Shown here: one piece after another, positions 1 to 10,900 of the stretch
Layout: each line of letters begins with the position of its first letter
Position numbering within the stretch: the first letter of the stretch is position 1
DNA from: Giardia intestinalis
Taxonomy: Eukaryota
Length of the DNA: 64,000 nucleotides
Strand: one strand, 5' to 3'
Assembly: GCA_000002435.2 (NCBI GenBank)
Contig: CM018792.1
The notes under the pieces: model-generated
The model's input: only the letters and a program-made list of their open reading frames with translations
What the model was told of the DNA's origin: nothing
Database searches by the model: none
Position numbers and translations under genes: made by a program

Positions 1-1745
1 TCTATGCGGTCAAGCGAATGATTATACAAACTAGTGCTGCCCTTAAGGACTGCCTGATGGAGACTTATTACCACGTCTGCTTCAATAGTCATCCCAATGT
101 TGTCAAGCTCTACGCCGCCCGGATTGCAGGACACGAGACCCAGTTGTCTCCAAGTGCTGTTGCTGAACTTTGCAACGCACGCCTCCAAATTCCATCGGAA
201 ATTGTTCTTTTGATGGAGCTGTGCGTGGGAGGATCCATAGTCGATGTCATGCAGCGGGCACCGAACAGTAAGTTCACTGAAGACTTCATATGGAATGCCT
301 TTGGCCGTGTGGTTTCGGCCGTTTGCATGATGAGCTCTATGGGCATCATAAACCGCGACCTCAAAATCGAGAACCTTCTGATGTCTTATCCCCTCGACGA
401 GCATATTTCTCCGGGACAGCTTACGGCCAAGCACGCAGAGTATCTCAAGGTTTGTGACTTCGGGTCGTGTACCAAGGCCCAATACCCCGACGGGAGTGTG
501 TTTACAAAGGATCTGGCCCTGAGGACAGCCGTGGAAAACGAGATACAGAAAAAGACAACGCCGTCCTATCGTGCACCTGAAATGATTGATTTCTTTGCAA
601 AATTTCCAATTACCATTCGAAGTGATGTCTTTGCTCTTGGAGTGATGCTTTATCGAATGATGTACTTTACTCTTCCGTTCCCTGATGGCGAGGTTCTTGC
701 TAATTTTAACTGCAAGTACAGACTGCCTACGTCACCTGGGTACTCTGAAGATCTTAAGCGTTTAATCTCTGTCTCATTAGTTAAAGATCCTATGCAGCGC
801 GCCGACGTTTGGTACCTTGCTGAAGCAATCCAGGCCAAGACGGGGATTCAATTTACTCCTCGGCCGGCCGATCTGATGTCTCCACAGTTAATGACCCAGA
901 GTATTGGGTCTCCTCCTCAGGATATTCTTCTTTCTGCTCAACTGCCGCAACAACCCATGGGTTCAAATACCACGCCGGTCTTTGACTTCAGTGCCCTACC
1001 CCCGCAGAACCAGGGCCAGGGCTTGACGCGAGAGTCTTCCTGTGTCTCTGTTGCTTCCACCGAGGACACACCTCTCTTTGGCTTTGAAGCGATGGCTAAA
1101 AAGGATAGTCATGCTAAGGCCGGCGGGGGAGCCCCCAATAGCGGCGATACTTTTGGCTTGCAGGTTAAAAAGTCGTCCTTAGCCGCCGCGCAAGGTTTCC
1201 AGCTCTCTTCTGGATCCACTGCGCCCGCCTTTCGTGCTGGCGGAGGAGCTGGTAGCGCTGTACAGCCAGCGCTATCTCTCCCATCACCCTCCACAGCCAA
1301 AGGGCTGCCAAACTTCAACTTCAATGGAAAGCCTATGTTCTCGACACAACAGTCGCAAGCTCCTCCGCAACTTCAAGCTCAGCCTATGGCTTCTAGTCCA
1401 CCTGCTATGCTTAGCAATCCTCCGGTACCTGTTCCAAGTGTGCAGCCTAATATGAATTCCTTATTAGATTTCTTTAGCTCAGGATCTGAACCCTCACCTT
1501 CTCCGCAACAGCCCCCAGTTCAGCAACCACAGGTTCCCACCCAGAACCCAGGAAATCCAACGCTCGACTTGTTTGGATGGGGGAATCAGGCTACTCCGTT
1601 TACTCCTTTTGAACAACCAAAGATTCCGGCGCAGGATCAAGCTGTGTTCAATATGATGACGCCAGAACAGCAGAAGGTCTACACACAGCAGCTGCAAATG
1701 CAGCAGATGTTTTGTATGCCAAATGTGTCCCAAGGGAATAAATAG
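1..1745 (+). CDS. NAK-family (Ark1/Prk1/AAK1-like) Ser/Thr protein kinase, 5'-truncated at window edge (codon frame starts at nt 3; the VAIK-type lysine 'YAVKRM' is at the very start).
   Basis: Catalytic-loop 'INRDLKIENLLM', 'VCDFGS', and a 'YRAPEMIDFF' activation/P+1 segment typical of NAK kinases. After the kinase domain (~280 aa) comes a long Q/P/S-rich low-complexity tail. The frame is open upstream of the first Met, so the 5' end lies outside the window. Confidence 0.85.
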   Translation, partial: YAVKRMIIQTSAALKDCLMETYYHVCFNSHPNVVKLYAARIAGHETQLSPSAVAELCNARLQIPSEIVLLMELCVGGSIVDVMQRAPNSKFTEDFIWNAFGRVVSAVCMMSSMGIINRDLKIENLLMSYPLDEHISPGQLTAKHAEYLKVCDFGSCTKAQYPDGSVFTKDLALRTAVENEIQKKTTPSYRAPEMIDFFAKFPITIRSDVFALGVMLYRMMYFTLPFPDGEVLANFNCKYRLPTSPGYSEDLKRLISVSLVKDPMQRADVWYLAEAIQAKTGIQFTPRPADLMSPQLMTQSIGSPPQDILLSAQLPQQPMGSNTTPVFDFSALPPQNQGQGLTRESSCVSVASTEDTPLFGFEAMAKKDSHAKAGGGAPNSGDTFGLQVKKSSLAAAQGFQLSSGSTAPAFRAGGGAGSAVQPALSLPSPSTAKGLPNFNFNGKPMFSTQQSQAPPQLQAQPMASSPPAMLSNPPVPVPSVQPNMNSLLDFFSSGSEPSPSPQQPPVQQPQVPTQNPGNPTLDLFGWGNQATPFTPFEQPKIPAQDQAVFNMMTPEQQKVYTQQLQMQQMFCMPNVSQGNK

Positions 1746-1762
1746 CGCTTGTGTACACTGAT

Positions 1763-2449
1763 TTATTGGTTTACAGATAATAGTTCTGTAAATGTCGATG
1801 CAACGTGGATTGACAAATCGGGACGGTCAGTGGGTGGGCGCGGGCCCGTCAGCATAGCCACGGCCCTTGCCCCTGAGCGCCTAGCAGCCTCTAAGCCGTG
1901 GATGGAGTCCTCGAATATTAGAGCCTCAGATGCACTGATACTAAGCCTCTTGAAGCACTCCAAGTAAATGGCAGGGTCTGGTTTGCTGGCAGAAACATCG
2001 TCACAAGAGATAATCGCGTCGAAGAGGTCTCTGTCCTCTGGTCGTCCAGAGAAGAATGCATCAATGGCACCATGGGGACATGCGGTACCTATAGCGAGGA
2101 GCATGCCGCGACTCTTGGCAACACGCGCAAACTCAATTGCTCCAGGAGTATATGAAACCTGAGTTCTGAAGAGCTCAATGTATATATCTTTCCACTTGTC
2201 TGCAAGCTCCTCCGGTGTCACATCGTTGAAGTTATATTCCTTGACACAATATGTGGCAGCATCTATAGCTGTTTTCCCGCTAATTTTGTCCATAAAGTCG
2301 TCTGGATAGTCCATACCCCTAGTCAGAAAGGTACTACGATTAACTGTGTCCCATGCACCTGTTGAGTCTAGGAGAGTGCCGTCAAGGTCAAAGATGATCG
2401 CACGCACGCCGTCCAGCAGATCCCTTACGTCCTTGACTCCCAAGGACAT
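1763..2449 (-). CDS. HAD-superfamily (subfamily IA, beta-phosphoglucomutase / GS1-like) phosphatase, 228 aa
   Basis: Motif I 'AIIFDLDGTLLDS' and motif III/IV 'ASKPDP...IFEDSIHGLEAARRSGARAV'. The ORF-track start at 2470 is TTG; the first ATG is at 2449 ('MSLGVKDVRD'). Confidence 0.8.
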   Translation of the reverse strand: MSLGVKDVRDLLDGVRAIIFDLDGTLLDSTGAWDTVNRSTFLTRGMDYPDDFMDKISGKTAIDAATYCVKEYNFNDVTPEELADKWKDIYIELFRTQVSYTPGAIEFARVAKSRGMLLAIGTACPHGAIDAFFSGRPEDRDLFDAIISCDDVSASKPDPAIYLECFKRLSISASEALIFEDSIHGLEAARRSGARAVAMLTGPRPPTDRPDLSIHVASTFTELLSVNQ

Positions 2450-2466
2450 TTTATTCAGAGATTTAC

Positions 2467-3000
2467 TCAATTACGCAGAGTCAGAGCAAGCACCGAAAGC
2501 AATTCCTTAGGAATTGCTGGTGGAAGAGGGGCTTCCTGCAACTTTACGCCCCGGGTAAGCTCGGGAAACATAGCTCTAACTACGGCAGAGTCTGAGGCGG
2601 TACCTACAAACTTTAGCTTGCACCTCTTATCCGCCTGAACGATAAAAGGCTCCTTATCCTCCGGACTGTAACTGGCAGCTAAGACCGGTCTGTCTAAGGA
2701 GAAGTAAGCGCACGCATCATGCACCACATCAGATGGCACATGGTGCTCTTGACCGATAAATATTATTCCAACAGGAGTGAGATGGCTGTAAAAGGTTGAC
2801 TGAGCATCCACAGCATGCTTGAGTGCCTTTACAAGGCTAGGATCTTCTACATTGAAGTTGAGCCCCAAGACCTCGCAAAGCTCAATACAGTCGGCAGAAA
2901 TCTTTCCTAGAAGCATACCAAGGCACGAGTCAACTCGGGTACTAATCTTTACAAGCTTCATGTAGAGATAGGGTCCGATAGTTATGATGGGGTCCGTCAT
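2467..3000 (-). CDS. small MPN/Mov34-like domain protein (probably MPN-minus, CSN6/eIF3f/Rpn8-like), 177 aa
   Basis: 'VKISTRVDSCLGMLLGKISADCIELCEVLGLNF' fits the MPN core 'xxGxLLGKxxxxxIEVxxxFxL'. The later 'GQEHHVPSDVVHD' lacks a proper JAMM HxHx7Sx2D. Start re-anchored from TTG (3021) to ATG 3000 ('MTDPIITIG'). Confidence 0.4.
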   Translation of the reverse strand: MTDPIITIGPYLYMKLVKISTRVDSCLGMLLGKISADCIELCEVLGLNFNVEDPSLVKALKHAVDAQSTFYSHLTPVGIIFIGQEHHVPSDVVHDACAYFSLDRPVLAASYSPEDKEPFIVQADKRCKLKFVGTASDSAVVRAMFPELTRGVKLQEAPLPPAIPKELLSVLALTLRN

Positions 3001-3157
3001 TTTTATCTTTCCCAGCCTCAAACCTGGCTGGATCGCTCACTGGTCTCATTACTTGGAGCTATCCGGCCACATTCTTTTCTAGTGGCAGCAGGTACACAGG
3101 CTGTCTGGGCGCAGAGCGAGATCCGCGCAAAGAATAATCAATTTTCCAAAAAATACT

Positions 3158-4825
3158 ATGAGCTACGACCAGCAGTACTCTGCTCTGCTTTCACAGCAAA
3201 CGGCTGTGCAGAAAATCATCATTGACCTACAGGCTACACTAACCCGGACAGATCTCGATCTGGACGAGCGAAGTCAAACAGAAGCCATGCTGCAGAACGC
3301 CATCGCTCTGCTCAACTCCTACATTGGTTCTATCTCTTCTCTCCATACAGAGGTGCAGAATCAAATATCTAGCCCGACTCAAGGATCAGTGGGGATTGCA
3401 AATCCCTCCCAGTGTACATTCAGTGAAAGTGACCCAACTCTAATGGGGACTGGGAGTGGCATGCACCAGACCCGTACGGGGTCTCTTGTAGCAAAGAAGG
3501 TGGATGGGGAGCATAGATCCCCAGATATCCTCAGTAAAAACTATTTGTGCGGCCAGACAACAGTCAGCTGCGCACAGCTGCCGACATACGTGCAATCCAA
3601 TAACGCAACCCCTCAGCTTGCCCATTCTCAGTCAACAAAGACAGCATTTCTGGACCGGCCCAATAGCGAGCTCACTAACATCATCGTTGGCAATCCGCAC
3701 CTCCAGCACGTTCCTTCAAGAGAGACTGAGAGCGTCTCTTATTCTAGCTCTTTACCCTCTTTTGTGGCCACTCGGGTGTCTCCGCATTATGCCCCTAGAG
3801 AGCTGGTTCCACGGCACATTTCGAATTCCCTTCCCGAAGAGTCTTTGTCCGCAGGATCCATGCAATTAATATACAGTATCCCAAAGACGTACAAGTACGT
3901 CAAATCGGTTCCTAAGTATTACAGCACAACGGGCCAGTCTATGTGTCGCAAAGCCGTTGCCAAGGCAACCAACGACGACACGCCCAAGTGGAAGCACGTA
4001 CGTAAGATCTCTTGTGAAGTGTGGCACCACCCAGATATGGTCCAGATCGCCATCCATGAGATGACTGCGAACATATACTCCCAAATATCGAACAAGGAGT
4101 TCTCCAAACTGGAGATCTCTACTCTACTCCGGGCATACAACTCCCTCGCTGTGCTTTTACGCTTCTTGCAACTCTTACCACAAGGCATTAACAATAAGAT
4201 AGTTGATAGTATGCTTTCCGACATGCTGCACTTGATCACAGAGTCCACCAACCGCATGCGCGCAGGTCCTGGGCACAAAAGAGACATTACGAACGCGATA
4301 TCGTATGACTTTCAGGCCATGCTTCACCTCATCATTGCGTACATGTTCGTTCTGCAGTACCAATATGTTACCTCTACCCTCAGCTTCTCTCGGCAGATGG
4401 ATACTCTACTCATAACGGATGTCTTCCTCAAGCGATACCTTTGTCTCGGAGATTGCCTTGTGGTGACACTCAGCAGGCTCATTCATAGCCGGAGGGTGAC
4501 TCGAGGCGTGTTCTCTCAGTCGTGTATCCTGGCAATCTTCAGATTGGCAACAATATACGTGTCATCTATGGCACCTATATACACGTTTCTAGGCGAGCAG
4601 AACACTCCAGATGCTGATATCAAGCGCGTAGAGCTGGAGGACTTATATACAAGGTTGTGTAACAATTGGGAGGCAGCGTACGATTGCAAATCCGATAGTG
4701 CAGACGGAGACTTGCTTGATAACGTGAAGCCCACGATACCAGAGACAATTGGTGGTGTTGACTGGGCTGTAGAGATAGAGACTGATATCTTCTATGAGCG
4801 TGATAACGACGAAACTAGCGATTAG
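3158..4825 (+). CDS. hypothetical protein, 555 aa
   Basis: Long ORF with an ATG start and A/T-rich initiator ('ATTTTCCAAAAAATACTATG'). No family recognised. Confidence 0.6.
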   Translation: MSYDQQYSALLSQQTAVQKIIIDLQATLTRTDLDLDERSQTEAMLQNAIALLNSYIGSISSLHTEVQNQISSPTQGSVGIANPSQCTFSESDPTLMGTGSGMHQTRTGSLVAKKVDGEHRSPDILSKNYLCGQTTVSCAQLPTYVQSNNATPQLAHSQSTKTAFLDRPNSELTNIIVGNPHLQHVPSRETESVSYSSSLPSFVATRVSPHYAPRELVPRHISNSLPEESLSAGSMQLIYSIPKTYKYVKSVPKYYSTTGQSMCRKAVAKATNDDTPKWKHVRKISCEVWHHPDMVQIAIHEMTANIYSQISNKEFSKLEISTLLRAYNSLAVLLRFLQLLPQGINNKIVDSMLSDMLHLITESTNRMRAGPGHKRDITNAISYDFQAMLHLIIAYMFVLQYQYVTSTLSFSRQMDTLLITDVFLKRYLCLGDCLVVTLSRLIHSRRVTRGVFSQSCILAIFRLATIYVSSMAPIYTFLGEQNTPDADIKRVELEDLYTRLCNNWEAAYDCKSDSADGDLLDNVKPTIPETIGGVDWAVEIETDIFYERDNDETSD

Positions 4826-4973
4826 CAGGCCCGTGTAAATAGATTTATCAGTTTCCTTTTGAGAACACTTTTTTCTCTTTAGCTACCATGCCAGCGTCCT
4901 TCAGACACGATAGGTACCTCAGCTCAGCCGCCACTTAGCGTTTGTATCAGTCATTCTTCAAAATTCCCAAAAA

Positions 4974-7900
4974 ATGAGCAACTCGGCAGATGCCGCAGAG
5001 TCGATGCTTGCTCCATCTGCTCTTGGCCTGGGCTATTTAGAGGCGGGGAGCTCTACAAAGCGGTTGGCATCAATAATAGTGGAAACACTTCTATCAGACT
5101 ACTCGGCAGTAATTCTTAACTCCTTTTCACAGCTACGAGACAGTATTCACAACAGGCCTCTCTACATCATGATGGAACCATCTCTTGGCTGTGACCCCAT
5201 GCATGACCATGAGGCTCCAAAGGATGTGTCACCTCTTTTTGGCTCATACATCGACCGTGCGGAATCTCAAATCCTTACTTTGCCCACCTCTATTTTGAAG
5301 CTCAAACTGGAGGAGCAAATAGTCCAGTTACTCAAAGAGCTGTCGAGTGAAAATGCAGATTTGCAAAGACAACTAGACAATGTCAGATCTTTACTAACAG
5401 ATAGCCATGTGCAGGTAAGCAATAAGGACAGCCTCATGTCCTCGATCCTAAAATCGAAGTCAGATGAAAAGGTGCGTCTTCTGAGTGAGATTCAGCTCTT
5501 GCGCGAACAGCTCTATCAGAAGCGTATTCACGGAGGGGTTAACATATACAAGCCTGACTTTGGGCATACAGAAGGAGGACACGGAGACGCAGATGAGCGT
5601 GACGCTCGAGAGTTCTGGAATTTGCGGCTGAAGGACAAAGACGACGAGATTCTTCAGCTCAATAAACAGATTGTATCTCTGAAGGAAGAGGTGTCGGTTC
5701 TCAAGGGGTTCACAAAAGATTCCATGGACGAGGCAGAGAGACATAGACTTGAGGCATTGAGCAAAAGTAAGGCAAGCGTGAGTCTAGAGGACGAGAATGC
5801 TTTGTTGAAGAGGGATCTCGAGGAACTTCAGATGCGGTATCAGACAGATATGAACGCTGCTACAACGTCAATCGAGGCTTTGCGCACAGAGAATACAACC
5901 CTGAGTAAAGCAGCAGAAGAGCAAGAGGCAGACGCAAGCACCATGCGACATAAGATGGAGACCTTAGAGTCAAAGGCTCTGGTACTTGAGGCACAATTGA
6001 CAGAAGCTAAACAGCGGCATATGCAGGATACCGAGGTACTTCGTAGAGAGCTTGAAAGAGCTAACGCTGCAGCTACATCTGCTAAGGATGATTTAAAGAA
6101 GCACGCTATTATGACTGATCGATTGAAGGCGGAACTGGAGATGCTTATGAAAGAGAATGGAGAGAACTCCCTTGTCAGCGGTCTCAAGGATCAGATTGAA
6201 AAACAGCGGAAAGACATCTCGAAATTAGTGAGTGACATTAAAATCTATCGTGGCAAGCTCGCCCATGCCAACAACAAGATAGCAAAACTTACGGGGCGGC
6301 CAGTTCCTCAAAGGAAAGCACTTAATTCGGACGATTCAAACGACTTTACTGACGACGATCTATATGAAACCGAAGGCCATGGTGATACCGATAACCTGTA
6401 TGGTAGATCTACTCAAGATACCACTATAGAAGAAACTATAGAGTGTACATCTACTAGGTCCAGCTTGAGTAGTGCTCAATTAGAGAGGGCAGAAAATTCA
6501 AAGAAATCGGATGTGGACAAAATGGCGGCCTTAATTGGTAAGTATAGAGAGATAGTTTGTTGCTTAGCACGACTCCCAGATGCAAAGTTACCAAAAACAC
6601 TTGCTGGCCTATCTAAATTTCTTTCTAGTCGCATGAAGAAAGCAGATACTGCCAATATGGGTGGGGCGTTCGACCCTGCCAACGATTCTGACTCCGATTC
6701 TCATCCCAGGAAGAAGGAAAGAACAGCTAAGGCAAAGCAAGGAAAGAGTGGTAAAGGTATCAAGGGACCTAAGCTAGGAGGTAATGGAAAATCGGCTAGT
6801 GGGGGTAAGGGAGAGGTAGCGGTTAAGCGTAAAGGTACCGATAAGAATGTGACTCCAGCAAAGGCTTCTGGAAGCAAGAAGGAGCACACTGAAAACAGCG
6901 ACAGTGACTCTTATTATTACAGCTATAGCATAAGCTCAAATGACACCTATCTTCTTGAGGACAAGATAGATGACGACTTCTTTGGAGTAGGTGGCGATCC
7001 AAATGCAATGGTCCGCCGAGGTGACGTTGAGGAATACGTCTCTATGAAAATTCAGGCTGCTCTAGAGAACTTTAGAATGGAGTATGATAATGAGGCCGAG
7101 CTTCAGGCCATGGGGATTGCACATATGACAGCAAAGGCGATACTAGAGAACTATTCCCACAGATCTTGTCAGACATATGTAAGCTACCTCACAGATACAA
7201 TGCGGATACTTACAGACGCGGATATCATTGACGAGAATGATGGTCTATACCTTGATGATGCTGGAAATTGGCGGCGCATTGGCGACGTTGCTGTAAAGAG
7301 TGGCCTGCAACCTAAAGACATAGAGCTAAACCGACGGCGCTTGGATCTGTTTAATCACACGTCTATGACAAATCTTCCGCTGGCGGACCCCAATCATCCA
7401 CTGCACCGCAGAGATGCACAGTTGGCTATGACAGCCGCTGACAAGGTAATGAATCTACAAGCCACTGGAGCGAACTATCGCCTTCACCATAACTTAAAAG
7501 GAGAAGGCTTAACAACAGACCAAATCTTTGATCAACTCTACAACGACACTCAGCGAATGCGCCTTGAGGCCAATACGCGTCGTGAAAAGATGGACTCCAC
7601 CTCATTACAACAGCTAAAGCTACGCGAAACTCCCAGCCCCTACAGAGAAGTTGCTCAGGCAGACCATAAGATTGGTCTCTTTGGCTCTCTAATTGTCAAA
7701 GCATCAGTTGTGCCAGAAAATGCTACATCGCCATCACCTGCCCCTTTAAATGTTCAGCTAGATAAGAAAACTCCTGGTGCGCCATCTGCCGCGGCTGTTC
7801 CTTCAAAGAGCAACACTGCGACGAAATCAGGGGAGAGAGTAATTCAAACAATCAACAATGTGCTTGGTATGAATGTTGCCTCAGTCAAGGTGGATCATCC

Positions 7901-10900
7901 GGAGGAGCCTGCTAAACCCAAGAAGCCAATGCTCGTTCAGCAGCGTTTCGATCCTAGACAACGACGAGGAACCGGCACCAAGGAGGTCCGTAGCCACCAA
8001 TCAGATCGGGTGATCGAGACCTCCAAATCGCAGCAATATGAAGAGGATAAACCCAGATCACTGAGTCCTCTATCTCAGAATAACCTTGATACGCCTATTG
8101 AAAACATGGTCAACATCATATCCTCGGCCCGTTCTTTACATAGCCCGCTCACTGCTTGCAATGATACTCGCTCTGAGCCTCAGCAAGAAACTCCAGATCT
8201 AGGAACTCCTAGGGCATTTCGATTGGTCAATAATTCTGAAGCAGATGGTATTTATGTCCGCATGAGTAACGAGGGCGTCATCAATGGCCAGATAATTGTG
8301 TCTGATGGGTTTGTTACCAATATTAGTTATAAGAATATGTTCGGGGATAACCTTGACCGAGTTATATACTCTCACACGGACAGTCAATCCGGCGGTCAGC
8401 TGACCTCATCTCCAGGGGCTCCATCTCACAACAGCATTGCCATCACAAAGGGTACATGCTTGCCAAATAACATTATTCAATCTCCTGAGCTCAATATAGA
8501 CACCAGAGCTCAGCTTCCTAAATATGACGCTGATCAGGGAGTAAGCGTCCAGCCAACTCTCTTTATTGAAACTGTAGTGGAGGATGGCGATTCTGGAACC
8601 CTACGAACAACCGGGGATGATTCTATTCGGCCAAGCATTGACCTTACTCGTACACCTCTTCACAGACCCCCCTCTGGAGCAGCCACCGGGGCCCAGCGCA
8701 ATAAGTTATCTATAGCCTCAGAGATAGATATGGGGTCCATCTCAGAGATCCAAAAGCTCTCCATATCAGTTCCGTCCACGTTGGAGCATAACGATCTAGC
8801 AGACCAGCTACCGTTACGAGGATCTCTTATCAAGGAGGATCTGGAGCAAATCCATGTTGCAGATGTAACAACGCTTCTAGGCAAAAACGTAGTTGATTTC
8901 CAGCGAGCAGCAATGCTAGATCAGAGTGGACCTGATGTAGTACCGGTCTCAACGCAATTCTCCGAAGACAAAGGAGCGGTGCTTCTTGATGAAAGTCTTC
9001 TTCGCATTCTTTCTCTCTTACCAACAACACCGGCAGAGGACGAATTTCTTAGCCTTCCTAGGGCCAAGAGTTGCTATAAAAAGCAGCGAGAAAAAGACCT
9101 GCTGGCACCGGGTGCCGCTCTTCGGCTTGTCAAGATCACAGTTAAGCCGGGCCATGAGAGACTGATTGAAATAATCACAAAGCCAGACGACACTCCATAC
9201 TTTTATGACCCGAAAACCGAGTATAGGTACTCCGATATACACTCCCTTCAAGAGTCTCTACAGCAGGAGCAGCAAGTGGATTACCACCCGAACACAACTC
9301 AGCCAATAGACAGATCTCAAGCTCGTGAGGACTCCTCTGCGATGCACCCAGAGCTGGACAATTCGACAATGGGGTCAGAAGAGAACTCGAGGGTAAGTCT
9401 CCAATTGGAGCCAGATGGGCCTGAGATATCCATAAAGTCTCTTGCAAACACAGCTGATGAGCAGATACGGCAGTTATTCAAATTGACTGTCGACAAGCAC
9501 GGGCGTCCCAGGAGACTCACTGAGGCAGAACTCTATCTTCTTAGCAAGATTGGGGACTATAAATCCAACAGTACTGCAACCATCCGGCTTCAGCGCGGAA
9601 ATAACATTGGGCAACGTCCAACTATTGCCAATCTTGTTTCCATTAATGAGACATCAAATTTAAAGACACAGGATCTGTCAGAAAACGCTCACCTACGGAA
9701 GGATCCAGTGGCATCAGCTCCCCATTCAAAGACCAGTGTCGAGCTGACACCAGATGAGCTTGTGTCTCTATATTTAAAGAAGACAGAAGAAAAGCAAGCT
9801 GGACACTCAACCAGGGCCGTTGTAGGGCATGGATTACAAAGTAGACCAGTTAAGATTGCTCCTCAGGTAAGCAGTATTCCTGTTACTGCCAGACAATCCC
9901 TAGAAGGACCATCCGATAGCTCTTTCACTGGGAAATATGTGACCGTCGACGGAAAGGTGATAGAGTATACAGAGGAGGATCAATTCGTTACTGAATTGGA
10001 CAGGATTGTTAATTCTATGGTTAGCACGGCTTCTGCCACAAACAAGAAAAACGATGACTTAACCACAGATGATCTTATGGTACTGCAAACTAAGATACGC
10101 GACTCTGCTACTTTAGATTCTAAGCTTGAGAGCAGGATTCAATCTATTAGACATATACAGGAACAACTCACGAAGGGGGTCATTAAAGTAGTTCGTGCAG
10201 ATGACGGATCAAGGCTGTTCATGGACTCTAGGGGCTTTGTTCTCAACGGAGCAATTGTTGAAGATATGCTCAAGGAGGAGCCCGATAAGCTATGCACACA
10301 ATTGGACATACTAGCATCCTTAGCCAGTTCTGAATTACAGTCGCACGGACTGTTAAATGGCATAAAGGTGCGGAATAAGAATGGGACTATAGAGGCAGAT
10401 CTTCTTCTTCCGCGCATGCCAATCCAAACAATTAAGGAGTCAACGTCATCTACTCGTCTTCGATCTGATCATTCTACTGCACAACCCATTATGACAACAG
10501 ACGGCCTCTTTAACAGTTCGTATTATCTAGATCTTTCTACGAATAATTCAAAGCTCCAGACAACCCCTCCTGGGAACAGTCTCGTGTCCATGACTGTTTC
10601 TACCCTCACCGAAGACGGTCACATTGGAGTGCAGATGCCTCAGACACAGATTCCACATAGGGCTAGTACATCAGGCGCACAACCAGGTCAGTTCGTTGCT
10701 CGCAACATGACGCGATCCATAGTCCGCTCACAACTCGGCACTGCATTATCCACAGCAGCAAGTAGCGCACGAGGCAGCCCGGGTCAGATCCTCAAACCAT
10801 TGAGAAGCATAGAAGGGGTAACTACAGACGGCAACCAGCAGCCAATAACTACAGCTGGTCGAACCATCCCTATGCAGAGAGTCTCTGGAGAGTATCGCGA

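Noticed and set aside
1749-2162. Small +strand ORFs 1749-1967 and 1968-2162
   Set aside because: They lie fully antisense to the well-supported HAD hydrolase gene and have no recognisable features.
5460-10417. Antisense small ORFs (60-130 aa) within the giant genes (5460-5744, 5840-6187, 8660-9520, 10139-10417 and others)
   Set aside because: They are nested in far longer sense ORFs with family support. Their translations are low-complexity mirror images of the S/T-rich sense strand.
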